NCBI RefSeq assembly: GCF_000007985.2
Contig: NC_002939.5
Location: 1,170,001-1,202,000, forward strand
Length of the DNA stretch: 32,000 nucleotides
Source: Geobacter sulfurreducens PCA
GTDB taxonomy: Bacteria > Desulfobacterota > Desulfuromonadia > Geobacterales > Geobacteraceae
Reading direction: 5' to 3'
Shown: positions 7,495 through 15,867 of the stretch, piece by piece
Layout of the letters: every line of letters begins with the position of its first letter
How positions within the stretch are numbered: the stretch's first letter is position 1
Notes under the pieces: generated by a model
The model's input: only the letters and a program-made list of their open reading frames with translations
Databases searched by the model: none
Told to the model about the DNA's origin: nothing
Translations under genes and position numbers: made by a program

Positions 7495-9049
7495 AACCGT
7501 CGGCAAAGGCCGCAAGGCTTGCCACCATTTCACCTTCCACCGTGGGGTCCACGTGGGGGATCTTGCTCTGTCCCCCCAGCTTGCCGCGCACCTCTTTGGA
7601 CCAGCGGTAGATAACATCCCCGCTCACCGTCACGACCCGGGGCCCGGCGATCCGTCCCTGGCTCCGGAACGTGGCGTAATCGGCATTCAGCGAGCGGAGC
7701 GTGGCGTCCAGGTGTCTCCCCAGGACGTCGCCGCTCCGCTCGTTCATTTCGCCCACCGCCAGTACCCACAGGTGGCGCCGTTCCCCGATGTCGGGGCCCA
7801 CCATGAACTCCCTTACCTCGATCCCGTCCAGTTGGTTGAGCCGGGCCACCGCTTCCTCCACCTCCCCCTGAGTCACCTTTTCCTCGAACCGGTCCAGAAA
7901 CCGGTCCCGTCCCGTGAATTCGATGAAGTGGGGGGACAGGGCGGTGAAACGCAGGGTGTCGCCGATGTGGTAACGCCACAGTCCCGCACAGGTGGTGAGG
8001 ATAACGGCGTAGCGCCGGCCGGTCTCCACCGCCTCCAGGGGAACCGTCGGCGCGTCGGCGGCCGGTGTCCCCCCCTCGTCGAGGTCCTCGATGGGGATGA
8101 ACTCGAAGAAGGCGCCGTAGTGGGGCACGAGCCGCATCCGGTCCTCGCCCGGCAGTTGGAAGGCCATGAACGCCTCGGAGGAGGGGAGCACCTCCAGGAA
8201 ATGGGGCCGGCGTCGGGGAAAGAGGCCGTCGAATTCGCGGCGGTACGGTTTCATGCTCGTTCCCCCGTGGATGATCAGTTCCAGGTTGGGAAGGAGCTCG
8301 GCAATGGGGCGGTGCCCCATCTCTTCAACCCGCTGCAGGAGGAGGATGATCCAGGGAGGAACGCCGGAGATGCCCCGGATGGAGCGGTCCGACAACAGAA
8401 GCCCCGCCAGTTCCACCACTTTTTCTTCCCAGGGCAGGGCCGACACCGCCATGCCCGGCGCCACGAAGGGGCGCAGGTAGAAGGGGCGATGGCGCAGGGT
8501 GATGCCGCTCATGTCGCCGCTTTGCACCCCATTGCCCAGATCGGTGAGGCTGGTGTTGCCGGCCATGTAGAGGAGCTTTCCCTGGAACAGGCGGCTTCGG
8601 GGGGTGCGGTGCAGGTAGCAGGCGGTGAGATCAATGGCGGCCCGCTTGTTGGCGGCGAACATCTCCCGAGAAAAGGGGATGTATTTGGTGGGCGCCGTGG
8701 TGCCGGAGGTCTCGCAGAAAAAGGGAATCCTGCCGGGCCAGGTCACGTCCTCCAGCAGGAGCCGTTGGCTGCCGTTGGCATCGCTCTGCCACGCCGAGAA
8801 ATAGTCGCGCCAGAAGTCGGCATAGGTGCGGATCGGCACCCGGCGCCGGAATTCCGCATAGAGACGGTCGAAGGGCTCTCCTGCCAGTTCCGCGAAGCCA
8901 TGGTCGCGGCCGAAGCGGGTGACGGCGGCCGCTACCACGAGTCGGGCGAGGATTTCCCGCTGACCGGCAATCGGATCCCTGTTCTCGAAGTTCTTTGCCA
9001 GGGCCGCGGCCCCGGTCTTGAGCATCAGGTCGATGCTTGACCTGATCAT
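7439..9049 (-). CDS. GH3 family adenylate-forming acyl-acid amido synthetase homolog
   Basis: Start at MIRSSIDLML (ATG 9049), which overlaps the upstream stop (ATGA). GH3 motifs are present: FCETSGTTAPTKYIPFS, SSEAF and LWRYHIGDTLRF. The 645-aa track ORF is an upstream over-extension. Confidence 0.85.
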   Translation of the reverse strand: MIRSSIDLMLKTGAAALAKNFENRDPIAGQREILARLVVAAAVTRFGRDHGFAELAGEPFDRLYAEFRRRVPIRTYADFWRDYFSAWQSDANGSQRLLLEDVTWPGRIPFFCETSGTTAPTKYIPFSREMFAANKRAAIDLTACYLHRTPRSRLFQGKLLYMAGNTSLTDLGNGVQSGDMSGITLRHRPFYLRPFVAPGMAVSALPWEEKVVELAGLLLSDRSIRGISGVPPWIILLLQRVEEMGHRPIAELLPNLELIIHGGTSMKPYRREFDGLFPRRRPHFLEVLPSSEAFMAFQLPGEDRMRLVPHYGAFFEFIPIEDLDEGGTPAADAPTVPLEAVETGRRYAVILTTCAGLWRYHIGDTLRFTALSPHFIEFTGRDRFLDRFEEKVTQGEVEEAVARLNQLDGIEVREFMVGPDIGERRHLWVLAVGEMNERSGDVLGRHLDATLRSLNADYATFRSQGRIAGPRVVTVSGDVIYRWSKEVRGKLGGQSKIPHVDPTVEGEMVASLAAFADGFRPAGSPTASRDSAPRAG

Positions 9050-10131
9050 GAAACCACCGCGATGCGCAGGGGGGACGCCAGACGGTCGTACCATGCCTCG
9101 ATCAGGGGGTTGTAGCAGTGATGGTGAAAGATGAGCGAGGCATGGGGAACCGTGTCGCCGTTCATGGGCGAAGCCACCGTCCTGACCTTGCCCCGGGGGA
9201 AGAGCTCTCCCCGGACGCCGGTGTCGCGCAGGGCCGCCAGGGTGGGGGAGGAGGGGGCCAGGATGTTCTCCTCGTCCTCGGCGAGCATGACCAGCGCCGG
9301 CCCCGCGAACAGCGGCCCGGCCGCGGCGAACGCGGCATCCTTGAGCGCCACCACCCGTTCGTATCCCCCGAGACATGACGTGGTCTGCAGCACCGACATG
9401 ATTTTTTTGCGGATGGAAAGGTGCCGGTGGGAGAGGATGCGGTTCACGGCGCCGGCTTCGAACAGGGCCTGGAAGCAGCGCCGGGCCCGCTCGATCTGAC
9501 GCTCGAGCTCTTCCTCCTTCGTGGCCTCTGCCCTGAGGATGCGCCTGAGGCTGCTCTCCAGCATCCGGACTCCGCCACCCTTTTCGCGCTCGGGCCGTAC
9601 CAGGTCCTGAGTGCAGAGGACCGGGCTCGTCATCACGATGCCGCCCACGGTCAGGCCCTCGCCGGAGTAGCGCTCCCGCAGGAACCGGGAAAGGAGTGAG
9701 CAGCCGAAGCTTATGGCAAAGATGACCGGTTTTTCGCCCCGCCGGTTCAGATCTTCCACCAGGTCGGCCAGTTGGGCAAAGAACATCTCAACGGAAAAGC
9801 CGTGCCGCGCGTAATTCAGATAGTAGACCGAACCGTGCCGGCGGAACAGTTCCCGCTGGAACTCCACCGCTTCAGTGGCGTCCGGGACGAAACCGCCGAT
9901 CACGATGGTCGGCTGGGTGCCTGTTCCCTTTTCCCGGAAGATCTGGTTGCGCACCGCGTGAACGCTGGGCAGGCGCCGGCGCAGGGCCAGCTCGCGCGGC
10001 CGGGATGACGGGGTGTGTGGTTTGATCGCCATGTGCCGCAGGAGCCCCGTGGCCGCAGAGGCCACCGAGAGGAGCGCGGGATGCCGGGCAACAGTTCGCT
10101 GCGCAAGGGGAATGACGGTGTTGGTGAGCAT
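9046..10131 (-). CDS. alpha/beta-hydrolase-fold protein (AxSxG nucleophile elbow AISFG)
   Basis: 361 aa with a GGAGGA SD before ATG 10131. The motif VIFAISFGCS resembles a nucleophile elbow, and there are later acidic and His candidates (LAEDEEN, VPHASLIFHHH). It is translationally coupled to the GH3 gene. Confidence 0.65.
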   Translation of the reverse strand: MLTNTVIPLAQRTVARHPALLSVASAATGLLRHMAIKPHTPSSRPRELALRRRLPSVHAVRNQIFREKGTGTQPTIVIGGFVPDATEAVEFQRELFRRHGSVYYLNYARHGFSVEMFFAQLADLVEDLNRRGEKPVIFAISFGCSLLSRFLRERYSGEGLTVGGIVMTSPVLCTQDLVRPEREKGGGVRMLESSLRRILRAEATKEEELERQIERARRCFQALFEAGAVNRILSHRHLSIRKKIMSVLQTTSCLGGYERVVALKDAAFAAAGPLFAGPALVMLAEDEENILAPSSPTLAALRDTGVRGELFPRGKVRTVASPMNGDTVPHASLIFHHHCYNPLIEAWYDRLASPLRIAVVS

Positions 10132-10160
10132 GGTTCGTTCCTCCGTTGATACGTCCAGGT

Positions 10161-10301
10161 TCAGGCTTCGCCGCTGGCAGCTCCGACAGCTCCGGCAGCG
10201 GGCGTGTTCAGGCGCTGGAGTGCATCGCGCAGCTCTCTGATCTTGGCTATCTGGCGGTCGAGTTCTCCCAGGCCGGGGATCGGCAGGTTGAATCGGGACA
10301 T
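10161..10301 (-). CDS. unannotated small ORF, 46 aa (MSRFNLPIPGLGELDRQIAKIRELRDALQRLNTPAAGAVGAASGEA)
   Basis: It is below the size cutoff of the ORF track. GGAGG lies 6 nt upstream of the ATG. It ends 29 nt before the hydrolase start on the same strand. It contains a helical, heptad-like core. Confidence 0.4.
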   Translation of the reverse strand: MSRFNLPIPGLGELDRQIAKIRELRDALQRLNTPAAGAVGAASGEA

Positions 10302-10440
10302 GGGCTGCCTCCTGTGGGCGAGACGGCCACCGGGGGGATTCCCGGAGTGCCGGTCATTCGTCTATGCCAGGATGGTAGCAGTCCAGTATTGCCGGGGGGT
10401 TACAGGGGGGTGAATTGAGGGTGAAAACGGAAGCGGGTAT

Positions 10441-10460
10441 GGGGGGCCGGGCAGCCCCCC
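10441..10460 (-). terminator. GC-rich hairpin just downstream of phoU (weak or atypical terminator)
   Basis: GGGGGGC-CGGGCA-GCCCCCC forms a 7-bp stem 14 nt after the phoU stop. There is no clean U-tract on the minus strand. Confidence 0.3.
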
Positions 10461-10473
10461 GGTTTGATCGTTG

Positions 10474-11172
10474 TTACTGGGGGTCCGTGGGAGGCGTCGT
10501 GTGGCGGATGTCCTTCCCCTTGATCATGAAGATGACCATTTCGGCCACGTTGGTGGCGTGGTCGGCGATCCGTTCCAGATACTTGGAGATGTAGCTGATC
10601 TTCAGGGCCCGGCTGATGGTTGTCGGGTCCTCGATCATGAAGGTGAGCAGTTCCCGTTGGATCTGGTCGTTGAGGCCGTCCACGAATTCGTCGTCGCGGC
10701 AGACCTTGATGGCCAGCTTTTCATCGCCGGTCACGAACGCGTCCAGCGACTCCTTCACCATCACCCCGGCCCAGTTGGCCATGCGGGGCAGGTCGATGTA
10801 GGGTTTGAGGGGCGGCTCCTCGTTCAGCTCCACGGCCCGCTTTGCCACGCTGGTGCACTGGTCGCCGATCCGCTCCAGGTCCGTGACGATTTTGAGCGCC
10901 AGGGTGAGAAAGCGGAGGTCGCGGCCGGCCGGCTGGCGCCGTGCTAGGACCTGGAGGCACTTTTCGTCGATGTCCATCTCCAGGTGATTGATCTCGTGAT
11001 CCATGGCGATGATCCGGCGCGCCAGGTCGGAATCCCGGTCCACCAAGGCCTTCATGGCGTCGGTGATCATCTTTTCCACTTTGCCCCCCATCTCCAGAAG
11101 GCGGGTGCGGATCTCGTTCAGTTCTGCATCGTACTGCTTGAAGATATGTTCTTTTTCCATTGAAATCCCCAT
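10474..11172 (-). CDS. phoU: phosphate transport system regulator PhoU
   Basis: Sequence and size are typical of PhoU, with two PhoU repeats (DxxID/ERIGD-like: LERIGDQCTSVAK and LERIADHATNVAE). It lies directly after pstB. An alternative start is ATG 11160. Confidence 0.9.
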   Translation of the reverse strand: MGISMEKEHIFKQYDAELNEIRTRLLEMGGKVEKMITDAMKALVDRDSDLARRIIAMDHEINHLEMDIDEKCLQVLARRQPAGRDLRFLTLALKIVTDLERIGDQCTSVAKRAVELNEEPPLKPYIDLPRMANWAGVMVKESLDAFVTGDEKLAIKVCRDDEFVDGLNDQIQRELLTFMIEDPTTISRALKISYISKYLERIADHATNVAEMVIFMIKGKDIRHTTPPTDPQ

Positions 11173-11191
11173 TAGTGTGCTGTCGTTCCCT

Positions 11192-11971
11192 CTACCCGAA
11201 CCGTCCGGTAATGTAATCCTCGGTGCGGGGATTGTCGGGGGTGGTGAAGATCTTCTTTGTGTCGTTGAATTCCACGACTTCGCCCAGGTACAGGAATGCG
11301 GTGAAATCTGATACCCGGGCGGCCTGCTGCATGTTGTGGGTCACGATGAGGATCGTGAACCGCTCCTTGAGCTCGGCCATCAATTCTTCAATATTTGCCG
11401 TGGCAATGGGGTCCAGCGCCGAGGTGGGCTCGTCGAACAGCATGATCTCCGGGTCGATGGCCAGTGCCCGGGCGATGCAGAGCCGCTGCTGCTGGCCCCC
11501 TGACAGGTTGAAGGCCAGATCGCTCAGCCGGTCCTTCACCTCATTCCAGATGGCGGCGTTAGTGAGGGCCTCCTCCACCTTCTCCTCAAGCACGCTCCGC
11601 TTGGAGATGCCGCGCACCCGCAGGCCATAGGCCACATTCTCGAAGATCGATTTGGGGAACGGGTTCGGCTTCTGGAACACCATGCTGATCCGCATCCGGA
11701 CCTCGATGGGGTCCACCTTGGGGGAGAGGATGTTCACCCCGTCGGGGTTGAGGGTGATTTCACCGTCGTAGCGATTGCCGGGGTAGAGGTCGTGCATCCG
11801 GTTGAAGCACCGCAGAAACGTCGATTTGCCGCACCCGGAAGGGCCGATCAGGGCAGTGATTCTTTTGTCATGGACCGGAAGGGAGATTCCCTTCAGGGCC
11901 TTGAAGTCGCCGTAGTAGAAGTTCAGATTTTTCGATTCGGCCTTGAGTACAGGCTGGACAGATGCTGACAT
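11192..11971 (-). CDS. pstB: phosphate ABC transporter ATP-binding protein PstB
   Basis: Walker [13 protein letters not shown] signature LSGGQQQR, Walker [12 protein letters not shown]. Start at MSASVQ, with AAGGAG upstream of ATG 11971. Confidence 0.95.
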   Translation of the reverse strand: MSASVQPVLKAESKNLNFYYGDFKALKGISLPVHDKRITALIGPSGCGKSTFLRCFNRMHDLYPGNRYDGEITLNPDGVNILSPKVDPIEVRMRISMVFQKPNPFPKSIFENVAYGLRVRGISKRSVLEEKVEEALTNAAIWNEVKDRLSDLAFNLSGGQQQRLCIARALAIDPEIMLFDEPTSALDPIATANIEELMAELKERFTILIVTHNMQQAARVSDFTAFLYLGEVVEFNDTKKIFTTPDNPRTEDYITGRFG

Positions 11972-12027
11972 CGTTGCTCCTTGGGTATCTATAGTACGGT
12001 AAAGGCGCTCTGAACGGTCCCGGCCGT

Positions 12028-12948
12028 TCACCACTTGATCTTTTTACGGATATGGTAGCGGAGAAAGATCGCCACCGCGTTCATGGCCAGGGTCATGGCC
12101 AGGAGCACCACGCCGGCTGCCGCCGCGTTGAGCTGGAACTCCTCCTCCGGCCGGGAGGTCCAGTTGAACATCTGGATCGGCATGACCGTGAACGGATCCT
12201 TGAGCCATTCGAAGCTGATGAAGGGAAACTGGCCGGAAATCGGCGAATGGGGCAGAAACGCGATGAAGGTTAGTGCCCCGATGGTGATGACCGGCGCCGT
12301 CTCGCCGATGGCCCGCGACAGGCCGATAATTACCCCCGTGAGAATGCCGGATGAAGAGTAGGGGAGCACGTGATTGGAAACCATCTGCCAGCGGGTGGCG
12401 CCCAGGGCATAGGCCGCCTCGCGGATGCTGCCGGGCACGGCGCGTAGCGATTCCCGGGTGGCCACGATCACGATCGGCAGGATCAGCAGCGCCAGGGTGA
12501 GGCCGGCGGACAGGATGCTCTGGCCGAAGTTCAACTGGTAGACGAAGAGACCGAGAGCCAGCAGGCCGAAGACGATGGAGGGGACCCCGGCCAGGTTCGT
12601 CACGTTGATCTCGATAATGGCCGTGAGCCAGTTCTTGGGAGCGTACTCTTCCAGGTAGACGCCGGCGGCGACTCCCAGCGGCACCGCCACGAAGGCGGTC
12701 ACCAGCATGACCAGGATGGTGCCGACCCAGGCCGAGAGAATCCCCGCCTCCTCAGGGAAGCGCGAGGGGAAGGAGGTGAAGAAGTGGGGCTTCAGCCGCG
12801 GCGCGCCGTCCGCCACCAGTTGGGCGAACAGCCCCATGAGGGTGAGAATCCCCACCAGCAGGCAGATGAGACCCACGATGGCGAACACGTAATCCCAGAA
12901 CTTGTGGCGGGCGATGAGCCGCCTGATTTCCGTAACGGACTGTTGCAT
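12028..12948 (-). CDS. pstA: phosphate ABC transporter permease PstA
   Basis: Polytopic permease with an EAA-like loop ([13 protein letters not shown]). It is the second permease in pstSCAB order, and its ATG overlaps the pstC stop. Confidence 0.9.
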   Translation of the reverse strand: MQQSVTEIRRLIARHKFWDYVFAIVGLICLLVGILTLMGLFAQLVADGAPRLKPHFFTSFPSRFPEEAGILSAWVGTILVMLVTAFVAVPLGVAAGVYLEEYAPKNWLTAIIEINVTNLAGVPSIVFGLLALGLFVYQLNFGQSILSAGLTLALLILPIVIVATRESLRAVPGSIREAAYALGATRWQMVSNHVLPYSSSGILTGVIIGLSRAIGETAPVITIGALTFIAFLPHSPISGQFPFISFEWLKDPFTVMPIQMFNWTSRPEEEFQLNAAAAGVVLLAMTLAMNAVAIFLRYHIRKKIKW

Positions 12949-13925
12949 CAGTAGACCTCCCGGAACCGCTTTTTGAGCCAGTAGCCAATGATGTTGAACA
13001 CCAGGGTCATCACCATCAGGGTGAGTCCGGCGGCGAAGATCGACTGGTAGCCGATGCTGCCGTGGGGAAGATCACCCAGAGCTACCTGCACGATATAGGA
13101 GCTGATGGTTGAGGCGGACTCGGTCGGCTTCCAGGTGAGGGTCGGCTGCATGCCTGCGGCAATGGCCACGATCATGGTCTCGCCCACGGCCCGGGAGATG
13201 CCCAGGATATAGGCCGCGGCTATGCCGGAGAAGGCGCTCGGCACCACCACCCTGACCGCGGTCTGGAACCGGGTGGCCCCCATGGCGTAGGAACCTTCCC
13301 GCAGGTGCATCGGCACCGCCCGCATGGCATCCTCGCTCACGGAGCTCACGTAGGGGATGATCATGATCCCCATGACGAGGCCCGCCGAGAGCATGTTGAA
13401 GCCGGGCAGGTCGGGCATTACCTTCTGGAGCAGGGGGGTCACCACGATCAGGGCGAAGTAACCGAAGACCACCGTCGGTACCGCTCCCAGGAGCTCAAGA
13501 AACGGCTTGACCGTCTCGCGGACCTTGTGGGGCGCGAACTCGCTCAGGTAGATGGCGATGATGGTCCCCATGGGGATACAGACCGACAGGGCCACGCCGG
13601 TCGTCACCAGGGTGCCTGAAACCAGCGGCATTATGCCGAAGTGGGCATCGTCGAACAGCGGCGTCCATTGGGGGTCGGTGAGGAACTCCACCAGTGAGAC
13701 ATGCTTGAAGAGCGGGATCGACTCGTAGACCAGGATCGCCACGATGGCGAAGGTGGTCGCCACCGAGGAGAAGGCCGCCAGGAAGAGGACGAACTCTACC
13801 AGCCGCTCCTTCAGGTGACGGCTCCGCTTGTGGGCGAGTCGCCTGGATGCCTCGGCGGAGGAGATGCACTCCGTCAGGCTGAGGGTCGTGTCGGGAGATG
13901 AAGTGTTCATGTGTTTGTTATCCAT
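12948..13925 (-). CDS. pstC: phosphate ABC transporter permease PstC
   Basis: Polytopic permease (REGSYAMGATRFQ loop) and the first permease after pstS. Start taken at ATG 13925 (GGTGGA upstream). ATG 13910 is an alternative. Confidence 0.9.
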   Translation of the reverse strand: MDNKHMNTSSPDTTLSLTECISSAEASRRLAHKRSRHLKERLVEFVLFLAAFSSVATTFAIVAILVYESIPLFKHVSLVEFLTDPQWTPLFDDAHFGIMPLVSGTLVTTGVALSVCIPMGTIIAIYLSEFAPHKVRETVKPFLELLGAVPTVVFGYFALIVVTPLLQKVMPDLPGFNMLSAGLVMGIMIIPYVSSVSEDAMRAVPMHLREGSYAMGATRFQTAVRVVVPSAFSGIAAAYILGISRAVGETMIVAIAAGMQPTLTWKPTESASTISSYIVQVALGDLPHGSIGYQSIFAAGLTLMVMTLVFNIIGYWLKKRFREVY

Positions 13926-13988
13926 GGTTCGGTCCACCGCGATACGGATGGTGCAAACGTTTGACGGTTGTAACACTTGTCCGGGCAC

Positions 13989-14026
13989 ATAAAAGGGGAG
14001 AGGCCTCGCTCCAGCACCTCTCCCCC
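13989..14026 (-). terminator. intra-operon hairpin plus U-tract between pstS and pstC
   Basis: On the minus strand, GGGGAGAGG-N13-CCTCTCCCC forms a 9-bp stem followed by TTTTATG. Confidence 0.6.
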
Positions 14027-14048
14027 GGATGGAGTTCAGTCCGTCGGA

Positions 14049-15077
14049 TCAGTGCTTTCCTTCGCGCTGGAGGAGTTCCTCCACCGAGACACCCACTTCA
14101 GGCTCCCCGCCGAAACCGGTGCCGGTCTTCTTCTTGGCGAAGTTCGACTTGGCAAGGGCATAGGCCTTGTCGGGAAGCGGCACGTACTTGACTGCTTTGG
14201 AGAGCTTCGGCGCCTGATTCAGGTAGAAGTCTACGAATTCCTTCACCTCGGGCTTGTCCACCGACTTGGCGTTCACGTAGATGAAGATGGGACGGGACAG
14301 GGGCTGGTAGCTGCCGTTCTTGACGGTGTCAATGGACGGGGAAACCGCCGGCTTGCCAGCCTTCTCAACAATGGGAACTGCCTTGAGCTTCTTGCTGTTC
14401 TCGGCGTAGTAGGCATAGCCGAAGTAGCCCAGTCCACCCCTGTCGCGGGACACGCCCTGCACGAGCACGTTGTCGTCTTCGCTGGCGGTAAAGTCGCCGC
14501 GGCTGGATTTGGCCTTGCCCACCACCGCCTCGGTGAAGTAGTCGAAGGTGCCCGAGTCGGCGCCCGGCCCGAAGAGCTTGAGGGGTTGGTTCGGCCACGC
14601 GGGGTTGACCTGGTTCCACTTCGTGATCTTCCCCTGGGCGGCGGGCTCCCAAATCTTCTTGAGCTCGTCCACGGTCATGCTCTTGACCCAGGTGTTCTGG
14701 GGGTTCACCACCACGGTGAGGGCGTCATAGGCTACGGGCAGCTCGATGTACTGGATACCAGCCTGCTTGCACGCTTCCATCTCCTTCTTGAGGATGGGGC
14801 GGGAGGCTCCGGATAGGTCAATCTCGCCGCGGCAAAACTTCTTGAACCCGCCGCCGGTGCCGGAAATGCCGACCGTTACCTTGACGGCGCCTCTCTTGGC
14901 CTTCTGGAATTCCTCGGCAACCGCCTCGGTGATGGGGTAGACGGTGCTGGACCCGTCGATCTTCACGAGTTTGTCCGCGGCAAGGACCGGACTCGCCGTG
15001 ATCGTGAGGCCCATGACGGCGGCCGCCAGGGCAGGGGTAATCCGGCCGATCTTTCCGCCCAACGTGAGTTTTTTCAT
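14049..15077 (-). CDS. pstS: periplasmic phosphate-binding protein PstS
   Basis: Start at MKKLTLGG, with an AAGGAGA SD and a signal peptide ending VLAADK. It shows PBP-type PstS features ([14 protein letters not shown]). Confidence 0.9.
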   Translation of the reverse strand: MKKLTLGGKIGRITPALAAAVMGLTITASPVLAADKLVKIDGSSTVYPITEAVAEEFQKAKRGAVKVTVGISGTGGGFKKFCRGEIDLSGASRPILKKEMEACKQAGIQYIELPVAYDALTVVVNPQNTWVKSMTVDELKKIWEPAAQGKITKWNQVNPAWPNQPLKLFGPGADSGTFDYFTEAVVGKAKSSRGDFTASEDDNVLVQGVSRDRGGLGYFGYAYYAENSKKLKAVPIVEKAGKPAVSPSIDTVKNGSYQPLSRPIFIYVNAKSVDKPEVKEFVDFYLNQAPKLSKAVKYVPLPDKAYALAKSNFAKKKTGTGFGGEPEVGVSVEELLQREGKH

Positions 15078-15128
15078 GCTAAGTCTCCTTGATTGTTGAT
15101 GATCTGTGTTCCGTAAATGCATGGTGTC

Positions 15129-15161
15129 ATCATAGAAGTGGTTTGTTACATCAGGGTTACG
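15129..15161 (-). promoter_or_regulatory. putative PhoB-dependent pstS promoter: Pho box CGTAACC-CTGA-TGTAACA, N9, -10 TATGAT
   Basis: Read on the minus strand. Two 7-mers lie at 11-bp periodicity in place of a -35 element, a -10-like hexamer lies 9 nt downstream, and the ATG is about 50 nt further on. Confidence 0.5.
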
Positions 15162-15242
15162 GCTATGCAAAGATCCGCTGAACAATTGAGCTGTGGGCAC
15201 AGGATGATGTGCATGTGTCCCTGCTGTAACATTCTCGGTCGG

Positions 15243-15680
15243 TTACAGCTCTTCACGGATGCGGCGGGGTGAAAAGCGCACCGCCACGACCCTGACGCCC
15301 GCGAGGGCCAGAACCAGCGCGATCACCATGGCCACCTTGTCCCAGGACATGTCCCGGTACCAGAATGCCATGATCTCGGTGAGGACTGTGACGAGCACCG
15401 TATCGATGATGTAGGTTACTTTCACGCGCCCTTCAGAAAAATAGGCCAGGGCGGTGCGCAGTACCTCCACAACGGCGAGCACGGTCAGGACATCCACCAG
15501 GATGGTCCTGAACGCCTCGTGGAAATCGTGGGAAACCACCAGCCTCATGTCATAAAAGGTCCGGATGATCCCTCCCAGGATCGCCAGCAGTATGGCCGTG
15601 ATTAGCAGGCTGAGAAGCACCCGCGCCGACACCTCGAAAAATTTCGTGAGCTTCAGGTCGATGACATCCTCTTTCCACAT
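15243..15680 (-). CDS. PsiE-like (phosphate-starvation-inducible) small integral membrane protein
   Basis: Start at MWKEDV (GGGAGG SD). It has four hydrophobic helices. The block EVLRTALAYFSEGRVKVTYIIDTVL resembles the PsiE family core. It sits between phoR and pstS. Confidence 0.6.
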   Translation of the reverse strand: MWKEDVIDLKLTKFFEVSARVLLSLLITAILLAILGGIIRTFYDMRLVVSHDFHEAFRTILVDVLTVLAVVEVLRTALAYFSEGRVKVTYIIDTVLVTVLTEIMAFWYRDMSWDKVAMVIALVLALAGVRVVAVRFSPRRIREEL

Positions 15681-15713
15681 GGAACCTCCCGTTCTGTGCA
15701 CTGTTACGGGAAG

Positions 15714-15746
15714 AGGATAGGATGGGAAGGTTACAGGTGTGTGGAG
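15714..15746 (-). promoter_or_regulatory. putative Pho-box promoter of the psiE-like gene: CTCCACA-CACC-TGTAACC, N9, TATCCT
   Basis: It has the same half-site/N9/TAT architecture as the pstS and phoB upstream regions when read on the minus strand. Confidence 0.4.
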
Positions 15747-15816
15747 GGGAGGTGAGAGGAAGGAAACTTTCGCTTTTGCAGAATTGCTTCAGAACTAACC
15801 GGGGTGATCCGCATAC

Positions 15817-15849
15817 AAAAAAGGGGGACGGTTGTTGGCCGCCCCCCTT
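15817..15849 (-). terminator. rho-independent terminator after phoR
   Basis: On the minus strand, GGGGGGCGG-CCAACAA-CCGTCCCCC forms a 9-bp stem with one G-U pair, followed by TTTTTT. It lies about 20 nt after the phoR stop. Confidence 0.7.
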
Positions 15850-15867
15850 GATGGTAGTGCGTATAGG

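Noticed and set aside
9050-9376. N-terminal extensions of track ORFs. Examples: GH3 as 645 aa from 9376, pstS from 15200, gltA from 22090, the PfkB kinase from 28417, the Tim44-like gene from 6379, and the TPR gene from 29546.
   Set aside because: The extensions overlap upstream genes or lack an SD. They translate to Arg/Pro/Gly-rich junk. Internal starts with good SDs coincide with the expected N-termini of the families, or with signal peptides.
10302-10440. Possible Pho half-site (TGTAAC, minus strand, 10399-10404) and a TGGCAT-N5-AATGA sigma54-like element upstream of the small-ORF/hydrolase/GH3 operon.
   Set aside because: There is only a single half-site, with no partner at 11-bp spacing and no N9-TAT hexamer. 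The sigma54-like -12 element is poor. The evidence is too weak to call a promoter here.
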